Below, in pieces: positions 8,403 through 17,685 of a DNA stretch of 58,942 nt (positions are counted from its first letter, which is position 1; every line of letters starts with the position of its first letter). Under the pieces are notes generated by a model. The model was given only the letters and a program-made list of their open reading frames with translations. It searched no databases and had not been told where the DNA came from. A program made the position numbers and the translations under genes. The stretch comes from a virus (Duplodnaviria > Caudoviricetes). The stretch is from positions 1 to 58,942 of IMG/VR virus record IMGVR_UViG_3300032284_001272. The stretch is one strand, 5' to 3'.

Positions 8403-8948
8403 GTTACGCTATCGAAACAAATTGGAATTCGGTTTCACTATGGCTTAACAGAGTTAAGGATATCGCGGGGCATGGGGCCAATATAGGCTAAATGGAACGA
8501 TAAAGAAGGGCATAGAGCCGCCTTGAGCACAGTGTCCGCTATGGTGGTGGCTTGGAACCCATAAAACCCGCCAGTGACCGTTTAAATCGGTTTTAGAGCT
8601 ATATGGCACCCCACACCATAACAGAGCCGCCAAAAGGCGAGAATTCGCCTTATGAGAATACGTTAGTATTCGAATAAGCTAGGTTCCTAATAGATGGTTC
8701 ATATATAGACCCCCCCCATAATGGCCCCCCTCCTCATTGCTTAAAAGAAAACTAAGACCCCCCCCATTTGTGCCCCCCTCAAGGATGGCACCCCTCCCAC
8801 TAAATATGGCATGACGTAACAGTAGCGACACGTTACGTTAGGGCGGAAAGCTTCCGTAACCTTTGGGAAACTTTACGCAACGTCACGTAACATTGTTTAC
8901 GTTACGTAACGGCATATGACGTTGACGCAAGGAGATGACGATGGGTAA

Positions 8949-9036
8949 GTTCATGGTCTGTTCTCGTTTCGTTCCCGTTATGTTCTTGTTTTGTTCACGG
9001 TTTGTTCTAGGTTTACTATCTGTTCACGATTTGTTC
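8949..9036 (+). promoter_or_regulatory. Array of alphaproteobacterial LexA (SOS) boxes, GTTC-N7-GTTC
   Basis: GTTC at 8949, 8960, 8971, 8982, 8993 and 9004; then GTTT 9011, GTTC 9022 and GTTC 9033. Confidence 0.75.
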
Positions 9037-9351
9037 TTTGGCTGCGGTAACCCCCTACCCCCCTTTTGCCTGACCCTCCTACACGGATCAGTACCCCTCC
9101 CTCCGCCAGATAAAACCATTTTCCCACTAATTTGCTTTTTTCCAAACAACAGCGCAGCGGGCCAAAGGCTACCCCCGGGTACCCCTTTACAAGTACCTAT
9201 ACCCGCCGAAGGCTACCCCCAAAAAGGTACCCCCATATGAAAGGAACCTTTAATACCGCAAACTCATATTAAAGAAAAACCGCCACAACCTTTCGATCAT
9301 GGCGGCTAATTGGCGGGGACAACAGACCCCTTCTCGTAGGGAACTTCCCCG

Positions 9352-9447
9352 TTAATCTTTTATAAGCGTGTAGACGAAGTACACACCCAACCATAGCATA
9401 ACCATTATAGGCAGAACCAAACCCACGAACAAGACAAAATCACTCAT
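9352..9447 (-). CDS. Small membrane peptide (31 aa)
   Basis: MSDFVLFVGLVLPIMVMLWLGVYFVYTLIKD; ATGA overlap with the upstream stop. Confidence 0.45.
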   Translation of the reverse strand: MSDFVLFVGLVLPIMVMLWLGVYFVYTLIKD

Positions 9448-9686
9448 AATCCCAACACCTCTCTCGTTTCTTCCATAGCTTCTTCCCCCAGTAACGGATC
9501 ATCTTCCCCATCCGCCTCCCAAAACTTTACCCACATGCAAAGCACGTTACGAAGCTTCTCAATCTCATCGGCGCAAACCCATTCAATTGTCTCCTCTTTA
9601 GGCCATGTAGATTTCCCAGTTACTGGATCGCGCTCGCCATCCTCGCAATCCAAAGCAGCCTTTCGTAATTCCTCAACAAGATCCAT
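9444..9686 (-). CDS. 'DEIEKLR' family protein
   Basis: MDLVEELR...ADEIEKLR; GGGAG SD. Confidence 0.65.
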   Translation of the reverse strand: MDLVEELRKAALDCEDGERDPVTGKSTWPKEETIEWVCADEIEKLRNVLCMWVKFWEADGEDDPLLGEEAMEETREVLGL

Positions 9687-9704
9687 TATTTATCTCCCGG
9701 TAAT

Positions 9705-9779
9705 TGGAGCGGGCGATGGGGTTTGAACCCACGACATCCTGCTTGGAAGGCAGGAACTCTACCACTGAGTTACACCCGC
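9705..9779 (-). tRNA. tRNA-Gly (anticodon TCC)
   Basis: GCGGGTG/CGCCCGC acceptor stem, CCTGC-CTTCCAA-GCAGG anticodon arm, GGTTCAAA T-loop, U73, encoded CCA. Confidence 0.93.
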
Positions 9780-9829
9780 ATAAAAAAGAACCCCCCAGTA
9801 CTCCGAACACCGGGGGGTAGGACGGGTCT

Positions 9830-10153
9830 TTAAGCCGCCCCCTTATCTTTGAATTTCAGCTTGATCCTAAAGATGCGGTCAACATCATCTTCACTATCTT
9901 CCTCCGCCTTCTCCAGCGAATTGTACACAAGCATCGCGTAGCCCGCAATATCCTCCCAGTGGTCCTTTTCACTAGGATCACCACAAAGGATACGCGCAAG
10001 CTTTATTGAGATCATCTCCAAAGCTTCCGTCTGCTCGCTATCCATCCACTCCCAATTCAAGGTGTCGCGAAACATCCTTTTGAACTTCTGGGATGTGTGC
10101 GCCACATCCTCATAGTCACCATGGGTAAGTTTTCTATCTTCCAATACTTTCAT
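9830..10153 (-). CDS. DUF6378-like protein
   Basis: R..THGDY...KLARILCGDP...DHWEDIAGYA. Confidence 0.75.
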   Translation of the reverse strand: MKVLEDRKLTHGDYEDVAHTSQKFKRMFRDTLNWEWMDSEQTEALEMISIKLARILCGDPSEKDHWEDIAGYAMLVYNSLEKAEEDSEDDVDRIFRIKLKFKDKGAA

Positions 10154-10383
10154 TGCTGTACAATCCCTTCATAACCATCAAGAGAGATGCTGAAAATGCG
10201 GCTATGAGGAATAAACAGCACAAGGACACCCTCTGACCACATATCTACATCATCTTTATGATCAATGTTGAAAAACCCAACACCCCTCTCACCAACGCGA
10301 ACCCCATCAGCCGTAACTTTGGCGGATGAATGGGTATCTTCTGTCCAATCAGCGTGTGTAACAACCAACCAAGTCTGCATCAC
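10150..10383 (-). CDS. Hypothetical protein
   Basis: Coupled ORF in the leftward operon. Confidence 0.55.
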   Translation of the reverse strand: MMQTWLVVTHADWTEDTHSSAKVTADGVRVGERGVGFFNIDHKDDVDMWSEGVLVLFIPHSRIFSISLDGYEGIVQQ

Positions 10384-10622
10384 TTATCTCCGTTTTGAAA
10401 AAATCTGTTCTTTGTCCAGTAAGCGCATGTCCAATAGATATTCACATCCATAGCTTGGCGGATGCGGGGGACCATATCACCACTGGACGGGTTAAAATGG
10501 TCATAGAACGTATCATTCATGGGGTTGCGACATACCATCCCACCTTCCGGGCGGCTCAGCATCCACGCGCATTTCGCGCATGTCTCCTCCCCAACCTCAC
10601 CCTTAACCGCCAGCGTCACCAT
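10380..10622 (-). CDS. Cys-containing hypothetical protein
   Basis: CAKC...CRN...CAYW; coupled overlaps. Confidence 0.55.
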   Translation of the reverse strand: MVTLAVKGEVGEETCAKCAWMLSRPEGGMVCRNPMNDTFYDHFNPSSGDMVPRIRQAMDVNIYWTCAYWTKNRFFQNGDK

Positions 10623-10864
10623 TGGCCCGGCTCCGCCATCTTCATGATCTCACCATGGTCCGTTTTATCCAAAACCTTCTTCTCAAAAGCTTCGCCAACC
10701 ATAAGGAACACCGCCTCTAATTCAGCCATTGAGTCCGAGAATAAAATAGGTTCCGTAACTCCGTAAACCCTACCCTCCTTATCGTAAAACACCTCGCAGA
10801 TGCCGAACGTGTCAACGTCCTCACCCTTAAGCCTCTCCTTAACAACCCTGTAATTCCAACTCAT
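10616..10864 (-). CDS. Conserved phage hypothetical protein (WNYRV family)
   Basis: MSWNYRVV...ICEVFYD; GGAGG SD. Confidence 0.65.
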   Translation of the reverse strand: MSWNYRVVKERLKGEDVDTFGICEVFYDKEGRVYGVTEPILFSDSMAELEAVFLMVGEAFEKKVLDKTDHGEIMKMAEPGQW

Positions 10865-10957
10865 ACATTCCTCCATTTGTGAAACTCACGGATCATTTCC
10901 AGTGAAACCTCAATTATCTCGCGGTAAACCACCCCCGCTAAGACGCACACAATAAAA

Positions 10958-11158
10958 TCAGCAAAACTTATCATCTAACCCCTCTATCAATTCCAATATG
11001 TGCTTATGTTGATACCTCACGACCTCCTGTAAATTCTCAACCCTCTTCTCAAGGGCGAGAATTTGTTTACGCAGGTCAATAATGTGGTCAATCGTCACGG
11101 AATCAGCGTGTCTATCTGTTGGTGTGTAAGGCCCAAGCCACTTAATATTCGTCATCAC
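10958..11158 (-). CDS. Hypothetical coiled-coil protein
   Basis: ORF with GGGGTGG SD. Confidence 0.5.
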   Translation of the reverse strand: MMTNIKWLGPYTPTDRHADSVTIDHIIDLRKQILALEKRVENLQEVVRYQHKHILELIEGLDDKFC

Positions 11159-11241
11159 CCACCCCTTTTCCCATACGAATCAACATAATACTCGGATTAA
11201 AGGCGGTCAACCTTTAATATAATTTGACATAACGTAAACTC

Positions 11242-11805
11242 ATGAATATTATTCAACTCATGAGCGAAACTAATGAATCATCATTTCCGGAACGTCCTTA
11301 CGGCAAGCGTTCGAAGACGGGGAAGCGCATGGGTAGAAAACCGACGAAACCGCCTGTTGAGAAAAAGCAGCCGGAAATCGAGAAGAAAACCCGTAAGCGC
11401 AGGTTGCAGGACAGTGATCTGGTAAAGAAGGCCATTATGGGCCTCGCTAAGCGCCAATTTACGCTGGATCAAATCGCGGATGTGGTTGGTGTCAGCAAGA
11501 CTTGGTTAAAGGAAAATTACCAGCAGGAAATTAAATCCGGCAGGGAGGTCGCGGATGCGTTGGTCGTTGAGAACTTATACCAGCAAGCGATGAAGGATAC
11601 GCCCGCGTCAATTCAGGCGGGTATTTACCTGACGAAGGCTCGCCTTGGGTGGAAGGATAAGCCTGACGAGGACAGCAGACCGCAAGTTGTTTTTAATTTT
11701 GGTGAACTATCTTACGAAGAACGCCAAGTATTGATGGAAAAGATTCAAGAGAAAAAACGTCTAGCCGCTAGAACAATTGAAGGTGAAATAGTCAGCGATG
11801 AGTAA
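11242..11805 (+). CDS. terS: Terminase small subunit
   Basis: HTH (LDQIADVVGVSKTWLKENY), LYQQAM..., YLTKARLGWKD; directly upstream of terL. Confidence 0.75.
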   Translation: MNIIQLMSETNESSFPERPYGKRSKTGKRMGRKPTKPPVEKKQPEIEKKTRKRRLQDSDLVKKAIMGLAKRQFTLDQIADVVGVSKTWLKENYQQEIKSGREVADALVVENLYQQAMKDTPASIQAGIYLTKARLGWKDKPDEDSRPQVVFNFGELSYEERQVLMEKIQEKKRLAARTIEGEIVSDE

Positions 11806-13393
11806 AATACTACACGCGAAGACTATGGAAGAGGCTATTAATCAGTACCCAGAGGCGGCTGAGTTAGAATTAGATCGACTTAATTGCGAAGAAAGTCTTG
11901 TTAATTTTGTTGAAGGTGCATGGAAATACATTGACCCAAACCCCTACGTCTACGGATGGCACTTGGAAGCCATTGCTGAACATCTTCAAGCAATTGCGCG
12001 AGGAGAGATCCGCAGACTTGTCATTAATGTCCCACCAAGAACTTCGAAATCGTCTATGGTCTCTGTATGTTTCCCAGCATGGGTCTGGGCACAATCAGAA
12101 ACCGGACCATTATCTGGACCACATGTCCAATTCCTCTTCGCATCCTACGCCCAATCCCTCTCCATCAGAGACAGCATAAAAACGCGCCGTCTGCTGGAAA
12201 GTAAATTTTACCATGACAGGTGGGGCGGCAAATTTAAGATTACGTCCGACCAGAATACCAAAGTACGTTTTGATAACGATAAGGGCGGCTATCGCCTCGC
12301 GACCTCTGTGGACGGGGCTTTGACGGGTGAAGGCGGGTCCGTAATCGTGGTGGACGATCCTCACAACGCCAATGAAGTGGAGTCGGATCTTGTCCGTCAG
12401 GGTACGCTGGAGTGGTGGGATCAATCCATGTCCACCCGTCTCAACGACCCTAAAACAGGCGCATACATCGTTATCATGCAGAGGCTTCATGAGTCTGACC
12501 TAACCGGGCATGTGCTGGAGAAAAGCAGGGGTGAGTGGGTTCATGTCTGCCTCCCCATGCGCATGGAGACGGATCGTCGATGCATCACGCAGTGGTTTGT
12601 GGATGATCGAGAGGAGGGGGAACTCCTTATTGAGGATCGTTTTGGCGAAGCGGAAGTTAAATCTCTAGAAAGCTCTCTTGGCCCATTCGCAGCGGCTGGT
12701 CAGCTTCAACAACGCCCCAAACCAAAAGGCGGGGGTATTTTTAAGCGTGATTGGTGGGTTCTTTGGGACGAGGCGGTCTCTGGTGCAGAAGGCCTACCCA
12801 AGACAGTATTCCCGACGTTCGAGTATATGATCGCGTCTCTGGACACCGCGTACACCTCAAAACAAGAGAACGACTTCTCCGCCATGACCATCTGGGGAGT
12901 GTGGACGGATCGTCAGGATAACCGACGCCTCATGCTGGTCTACGCGTGGCAGGACAGGTTGGAATTCCCGCAACTTACAAAAAAGGTGGCGGAACTCTGC
13001 ACCAAATTTAAAGTGGACAAGCTCCTCATTGAATCTAAGGCGGCGGGGTTATCCGTCGCGCAGGAGTTGCGCGCTCACTTCTCCCGAGAAGATTGGGGCA
13101 TTCAAACCGTTGACCCGGGCAGAGGTGACAAGGTAGCGCGAGCGTATGCGATCCAGCATCTGTTTGCTGACGGCATGGTTTACGCGCCGGATTACGAATG
13201 GGCAGATAAGCTTATTACTCAGGCGGAATCGTTTCCGAAAGTAACGCATGATGACTTAGTTGACAGTATGACTCAGGCTTTACTTCACCTCCGTGTAATT
13301 GGATTTGCTCAAAAGCCTCAAGAACTTGTAGCGGAGCGTACAGATAGTATGCTATACAGACCGCAAAAGCCTCAACCACTTTACCCGGTGTAA
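11798..13393 (+). CDS. terL: Terminase large subunit
   Basis: INVPPRTSKS Walker A, VVDDP Walker B, SLDTA and HDDLVDS RNase H-like nuclease motifs. Confidence 0.95.
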   Translation: MSKILHAKTMEEAINQYPEAAELELDRLNCEESLVNFVEGAWKYIDPNPYVYGWHLEAIAEHLQAIARGEIRRLVINVPPRTSKSSMVSVCFPAWVWAQSETGPLSGPHVQFLFASYAQSLSIRDSIKTRRLLESKFYHDRWGGKFKITSDQNTKVRFDNDKGGYRLATSVDGALTGEGGSVIVVDDPHNANEVESDLVRQGTLEWWDQSMSTRLNDPKTGAYIVIMQRLHESDLTGHVLEKSRGEWVHVCLPMRMETDRRCITQWFVDDREEGELLIEDRFGEAEVKSLESSLGPFAAAGQLQQRPKPKGGGIFKRDWWVLWDEAVSGAEGLPKTVFPTFEYMIASLDTAYTSKQENDFSAMTIWGVWTDRQDNRRLMLVYAWQDRLEFPQLTKKVAELCTKFKVDKLLIESKAAGLSVAQELRAHFSREDWGIQTVDPGRGDKVARAYAIQHLFADGMVYAPDYEWADKLITQAESFPKVTHDDLVDSMTQALLHLRVIGFAQKPQELVAERTDSMLYRPQKPQPLYPV

Positions 13394-13396
13394 TAA

Positions 13397-15526
13397 ATGC
13401 CATTAGCCCCGATGAACATGCGCCAGAATCCCGTCGCAGGGAATTATCCAGACATGGAGTCGGTGGATATTGACTTGGACGCGGGTGAAGATACGGAAGC
13501 CACAATTGACCCAAAGTCCGGTTTTATTAAAATCGAACTCCCTGATGGTTCCGTCACCATCAGTATGGGCGGCGTTGTGCCCGGCACTAAAAGCGATGAT
13601 TTTGAAGCTAACTTAGCGTTAGAGATTGAATCATCCGCGTTGGGCGGCATTGGGTCGGAATTGATCCGCCTCATTGAGGAAGATGATAAGTCACGCGATG
13701 AGCTGCTCCAGCAGTACACGGCTGGCCTCGAACTTCTTGGGACTAAGATTGAATCCCCCCGTTCCAACGCCTCAGATGGCTCTACAGCAGTTGAGGGGCA
13801 ATCCACAGTCCGTCATCCCCTCCTCCTTGAGGCTATTGTGCGTTTTCAAGCGAACGCCCGTGGGGAACTCCTCCCATCTAACGGTCCTGTAAAGGCACGT
13901 AATGATGGCATGGAGACACTTCAGGTGGATTACCACGCGAATGAATTTGAGAGAGACTTTAACCATTACCTAACGGTCACCGCCAGTGAATATTACCCGG
14001 ACACGGAACGTATGTTCTTTGATCTTGGGTTTGGTGGGACCGCATTTAAAAAAGTATATTATTGCCCTATTCGTCGCCGCCCTGTGTCGGAATTTGTCCC
14101 ATTGCGCGACATCATTATCTCCAGCGCGGAAACATCCGCTTGGTCAGCCCAGCGCGTCACTCATGTCATTAAAATGCCCCCAAGCACTTTGAAGCGTATG
14201 CAGCTTCTTGGTATCTACAGGGATATCGCGATGACAATCCCGCAGCCACCCAAAAAGAATGTGGTTGAGGAAAAAATTGAGAGTATGCAGGGGGTTGTAC
14301 CGAATATCTCCAACCAGATGGAGACGGAGGTACGCGACATATACGAATGCTATTGCGAATTGGATCTCCCCGGATTTGAGCATGAGGAGAAAAGCGAAAA
14401 GACTGGGTTGCGCCTCCCATACCGCGTCACATTAGACAAAAGCAGCAGAGAGATTTTGGAAATCCGACGTTGGTGGAAGCCGGAAGATCAATCTTACCTC
14501 CGCAAGCAGGTGTTTGTGGATTATATTTTTGTCCCGGGCTTTGGTTTTTATGGCCTTGGGTACCTTCACCTTCTTGGTAATACCACGATGACGTTGACGG
14601 CGGGAACCCGCCTCTGCATTGATAACGGGATGTTCGCCAACTTCCCCGGCTTCCTTTACGCAAAGGGTGCTGGGCGACAGAACACGAACGAATTCCGCGT
14701 CCCACCGGGCGGCGGTCTCCCGATTGATACAGCGGGTCTCCCCATTCAAAACGTCGTCATGAACCTCCCTTATCGCGGGGTAGATTCATCCTTCCTTAAC
14801 CTCCTCCAGATGGTTGAGGAAGGGGGCCAGCGCCTTGGCTCAACGGTAGAGGTTAATGTCGGTGAGGGCAATTCAGAAGCCCCAGTCGGCACAACCATCG
14901 CGATGATTGAACAGGCTCAGAAGGTTATCTCTTCTGTGCATAAACGTATGCACGCGTCACAAGCGCGTGAATTCCAGCTCCTGAAAGAGCTGTTTAAAGA
15001 AAGCCCAGAAAGCTTCTGGGAAAATAACAAGTACCCTGCTTTCCCATGGACCCCCGACGCTTTGTTGGCGGCTTTGGATAACGTGAGCATTGTACCTGTG
15101 GCTGATCCGAATACCCCGTCTCATTCGGCGCGTATTCAAAAAGCTATGATGATTAAACAACTACAATCCGCGAACCCACAGCTTTACGATGCGAAGTCTG
15201 TGGATATGCGCGTATTGACCATGATGGGGATTGAGGACGCTTCCTCGCTATTCGCCCCGCCCGCACCTCCGTCTGGACCTGACGCTAATACTGTCATGGC
15301 ACAGGCGAAGATGATGGATGCCCAAGCCCGCCAAGCTGAAGTCACCATCAAAGCTTTTGATGCGAAAGCGGATGACGACAACCGCGTCGCGGAAAGAGAA
15401 AGCAAAGAGCGTATAGCGATGCTTCAGATGGCCCGTGAGCTTACAGTTCACCCAGAGGGCGCTCAAGAAGCTGAAAGTTTCCTTGGACCAAAAATTAAAG
15501 AACTTGTACAAAACCCATCAGTATGA
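13397..15526 (+). CDS. Portal protein
   Basis: 709 aa after terL; HPLLLEAIVRFQA, GTAFKKVY, PGFGFYGLG, APVGTT motifs. Confidence 0.88.
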   Translation: MPLAPMNMRQNPVAGNYPDMESVDIDLDAGEDTEATIDPKSGFIKIELPDGSVTISMGGVVPGTKSDDFEANLALEIESSALGGIGSELIRLIEEDDKSRDELLQQYTAGLELLGTKIESPRSNASDGSTAVEGQSTVRHPLLLEAIVRFQANARGELLPSNGPVKARNDGMETLQVDYHANEFERDFNHYLTVTASEYYPDTERMFFDLGFGGTAFKKVYYCPIRRRPVSEFVPLRDIIISSAETSAWSAQRVTHVIKMPPSTLKRMQLLGIYRDIAMTIPQPPKKNVVEEKIESMQGVVPNISNQMETEVRDIYECYCELDLPGFEHEEKSEKTGLRLPYRVTLDKSSREILEIRRWWKPEDQSYLRKQVFVDYIFVPGFGFYGLGYLHLLGNTTMTLTAGTRLCIDNGMFANFPGFLYAKGAGRQNTNEFRVPPGGGLPIDTAGLPIQNVVMNLPYRGVDSSFLNLLQMVEEGGQRLGSTVEVNVGEGNSEAPVGTTIAMIEQAQKVISSVHKRMHASQAREFQLLKELFKESPESFWENNKYPAFPWTPDALLAALDNVSIVPVADPNTPSHSARIQKAMMIKQLQSANPQLYDAKSVDMRVLTMMGIEDASSLFAPPAPPSGPDANTVMAQAKMMDAQARQAEVTIKAFDAKADDDNRVAERESKERIAMLQMARELTVHPEGAQEAESFLGPKIKELVQNPSV

Positions 15527-15555
15527 TTACGTAGAGTAATCCCCGGAGTTATAAA

Positions 15556-17673
15556 ATGAGCCACTATAAAAACGAAGCAAAGTCCGCGTCCCAAGCCAAG
15601 ATGAAGCGCATGGGTTTGCATAAAGAACATAAGTCGGAAGAGTTTAACGATGTGGGGCCATACGATGGCGTACCGCAGTTGGATTCCGGCAACGCTGGTC
15701 AGTGGCCTAAGGGCAAACAACGTTTCAAGCGCGGCGGCAAGGTGGCTCATCTTGAGGGGGATAAGGCTCGCAAGAACCTTGGCAAGTCTGCCCGCAAAAA
15801 GCGTGATGATGGCGGTCGCCTCCCGGGCGAAAACGCACAGTACGCTAACGCACGTGCGAAAGCTTACAACGCTTATAAAAACACTAAAGAAGCTGGCGAA
15901 GCTGCTGATAAAATTTATGAGACGAATGAAGATCCAACCGTCCGTCAGTTTGCGCGTGAGAACGCTCAGAATGTAGCGAACAAAGCCGTTGGCCCAGATC
16001 AAGATTTGGGCAAAGCAATGAAAGAAACTGGCTACGGTTATGCCCGTGGCGGTATCCCTAAAGGCTCCCCAGCCAAGCGTCAGGCTATGGTTGGTGCTTT
16101 GGCTAATCGTAAAAAGAAGGCTGGTATCCCGTCTGGCCCGGCTGCTCCTCGCGGCCCAATGATGAATATCCCTACCCCGGTCGGTGCTGGTGCGCCCGCA
16201 GTGCAGAACTCAATGATGCATAAAAAGGGTGGCGCGGTTAAGCATCGCGCTCACAAAGCTGGTGGAGGCGCTCAGTCAATTATGGATGAAAGTGGTTTGC
16301 GCAATTTACAACAATCTCGCAAATCTCGTGATTCTATGGAAGGTTTAAATCTTGGGGATTTAGGATCTTCCCGTCGCATGGCTTCGCATGGTGCAAACAT
16401 GGATAGTATGCATGAAAGAATGCGTTACAACATGAAAGATAAAGAAAACGCATCAATGACATCAAGCGGATTAAAGCATGGTGGCCGCGCTCATAAAATG
16501 GGCGGCGGAGGTTTGTCTGATTATATGAATGCGGCTAGCGGAAATCTTGCGGGTAACGCTCAAACATTTGGTTCTGGTCTTGCCAAAAATTATGTAAACG
16601 AAGATGCTAAACGCAACATGGAAAAACGTCAGGCCGGAATAAATCTTGCCGCAAAAAAACTTGCTGGCAAAGATGTTAATGTCCCTGCAACACGCAAACA
16701 TGGCGGTCGCGCTGCGCACCCTGATGAAGCAGAAGATAAGAAGCTTATCCGTAAGGAAGTTAAAGCATCTGCATTGAAGCATCGCCCTCATCGCGATCTT
16801 GGTGGGAAAGCCACTAAAAAGCCGGGGACAGTTTACCCGAATTATGAAAGCCATGAACACGTTGATCCGTCAACGTATGATTGGGCATCAAGCAATCCTA
16901 AAGACGAAGATTACGGTAAGCCAAATCAATGGCTTTTAGACCGTATGGAATACGCTCAAGAACTCAAGAGTGACAATGATCCGTCAGAAAACCGTGGTCA
17001 GGGTCCAGTTGCTCACAAGCATGGTGGCCGCGCTAAGAAATTTGCTGGTGGCGGCATGACTATGGCCCCAACAAACGCTATGGGTATGCGTGGTTCGCCT
17101 AACCAAGGTAACTTTGGAACACCTCCGGGTGTGGGTCCAAATGGTCAACCAATGCCGGGCAGATCACCTTCCCCATTCATTGGTGGAACTTTAATTGGTG
17201 GCGGAACTCCAACAGGAACTGGGTTTGAAAATATGCAACCACTAACTGGCGGATATGGTTCACTTCCAACGGGCGGCGCAATGAATAATATGCCGGGGTT
17301 TAATGCATCTGGCGTTTATAAAGATGGCGGTCGCATTCAACGCGCTTCCGGTGGGCGTACAAAGGGCAAGGGCAAGACAAACATTGTGATTAATGTGTCA
17401 CCACAGAGCAGCCAACCACCTGCCATGCCTATGCCTCCTATGCCTCCTATGGGCGGTATGCCTCCTATGCCTCCTCCGGGAGCTGGCGGCCCTCCTATGC
17501 CCCCTGCGGGCGGCGCTGGTGGTCCTCCTCCACAATTGGCACAGGCTCTTGCTGCGTTGCAGGGTGGCCCATCGCCAATGGCAAGAAAATCTGGTGGGCG
17601 TGTTCATCAGGAAACGGAATTTGGCTCCGGTAGCGGTCTTGGTCGCCTAGAAAAGCCAAAATGGTACAAGTGA
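15556..17673 (+). CDS. Basic low-complexity putative internal head protein / polyprotein with 14 xxGG junction motifs
   Basis: Repeated KRGG, KHGG, FAGG, KDGG and ASGG motifs separate dissimilar segments. Confidence 0.7.
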   Translation: MSHYKNEAKSASQAKMKRMGLHKEHKSEEFNDVGPYDGVPQLDSGNAGQWPKGKQRFKRGGKVAHLEGDKARKNLGKSARKKRDDGGRLPGENAQYANARAKAYNAYKNTKEAGEAADKIYETNEDPTVRQFARENAQNVANKAVGPDQDLGKAMKETGYGYARGGIPKGSPAKRQAMVGALANRKKKAGIPSGPAAPRGPMMNIPTPVGAGAPAVQNSMMHKKGGAVKHRAHKAGGGAQSIMDESGLRNLQQSRKSRDSMEGLNLGDLGSSRRMASHGANMDSMHERMRYNMKDKENASMTSSGLKHGGRAHKMGGGGLSDYMNAASGNLAGNAQTFGSGLAKNYVNEDAKRNMEKRQAGINLAAKKLAGKDVNVPATRKHGGRAAHPDEAEDKKLIRKEVKASALKHRPHRDLGGKATKKPGTVYPNYESHEHVDPSTYDWASSNPKDEDYGKPNQWLLDRMEYAQELKSDNDPSENRGQGPVAHKHGGRAKKFAGGGMTMAPTNAMGMRGSPNQGNFGTPPGVGPNGQPMPGRSPSPFIGGTLIGGGTPTGTGFENMQPLTGGYGSLPTGGAMNNMPGFNASGVYKDGGRIQRASGGRTKGKGKTNIVINVSPQSSQPPAMPMPPMPPMGGMPPMPPPGAGGPPMPPAGGAGGPPPQLAQALAALQGGPSPMARKSGGRVHQETEFGSGSGLGRLEKPKWYK

Positions 17674-17685
17674 TAAAGGAGAAAC

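Noticed and set aside
5251-9036. CRISPR or mini-CRISPR array
   Set aside because: The repeat unit is 4 bp in an 11-bp period, with no 25-40-bp repeats, unique spacers or cas genes
8935-9240. 101-aa ORF
   Set aside because: It is a translation of the GTTC array and C-tracts. A GGAG lies only 1 nt before the first ATG, and the product is low-complexity, so it is probably non-coding
9705-9779. tRNA as an attP site or evidence of a prophage
   Set aside because: No integrase is recognisable, there are no host genes, and the tRNA 3' end is not duplicated
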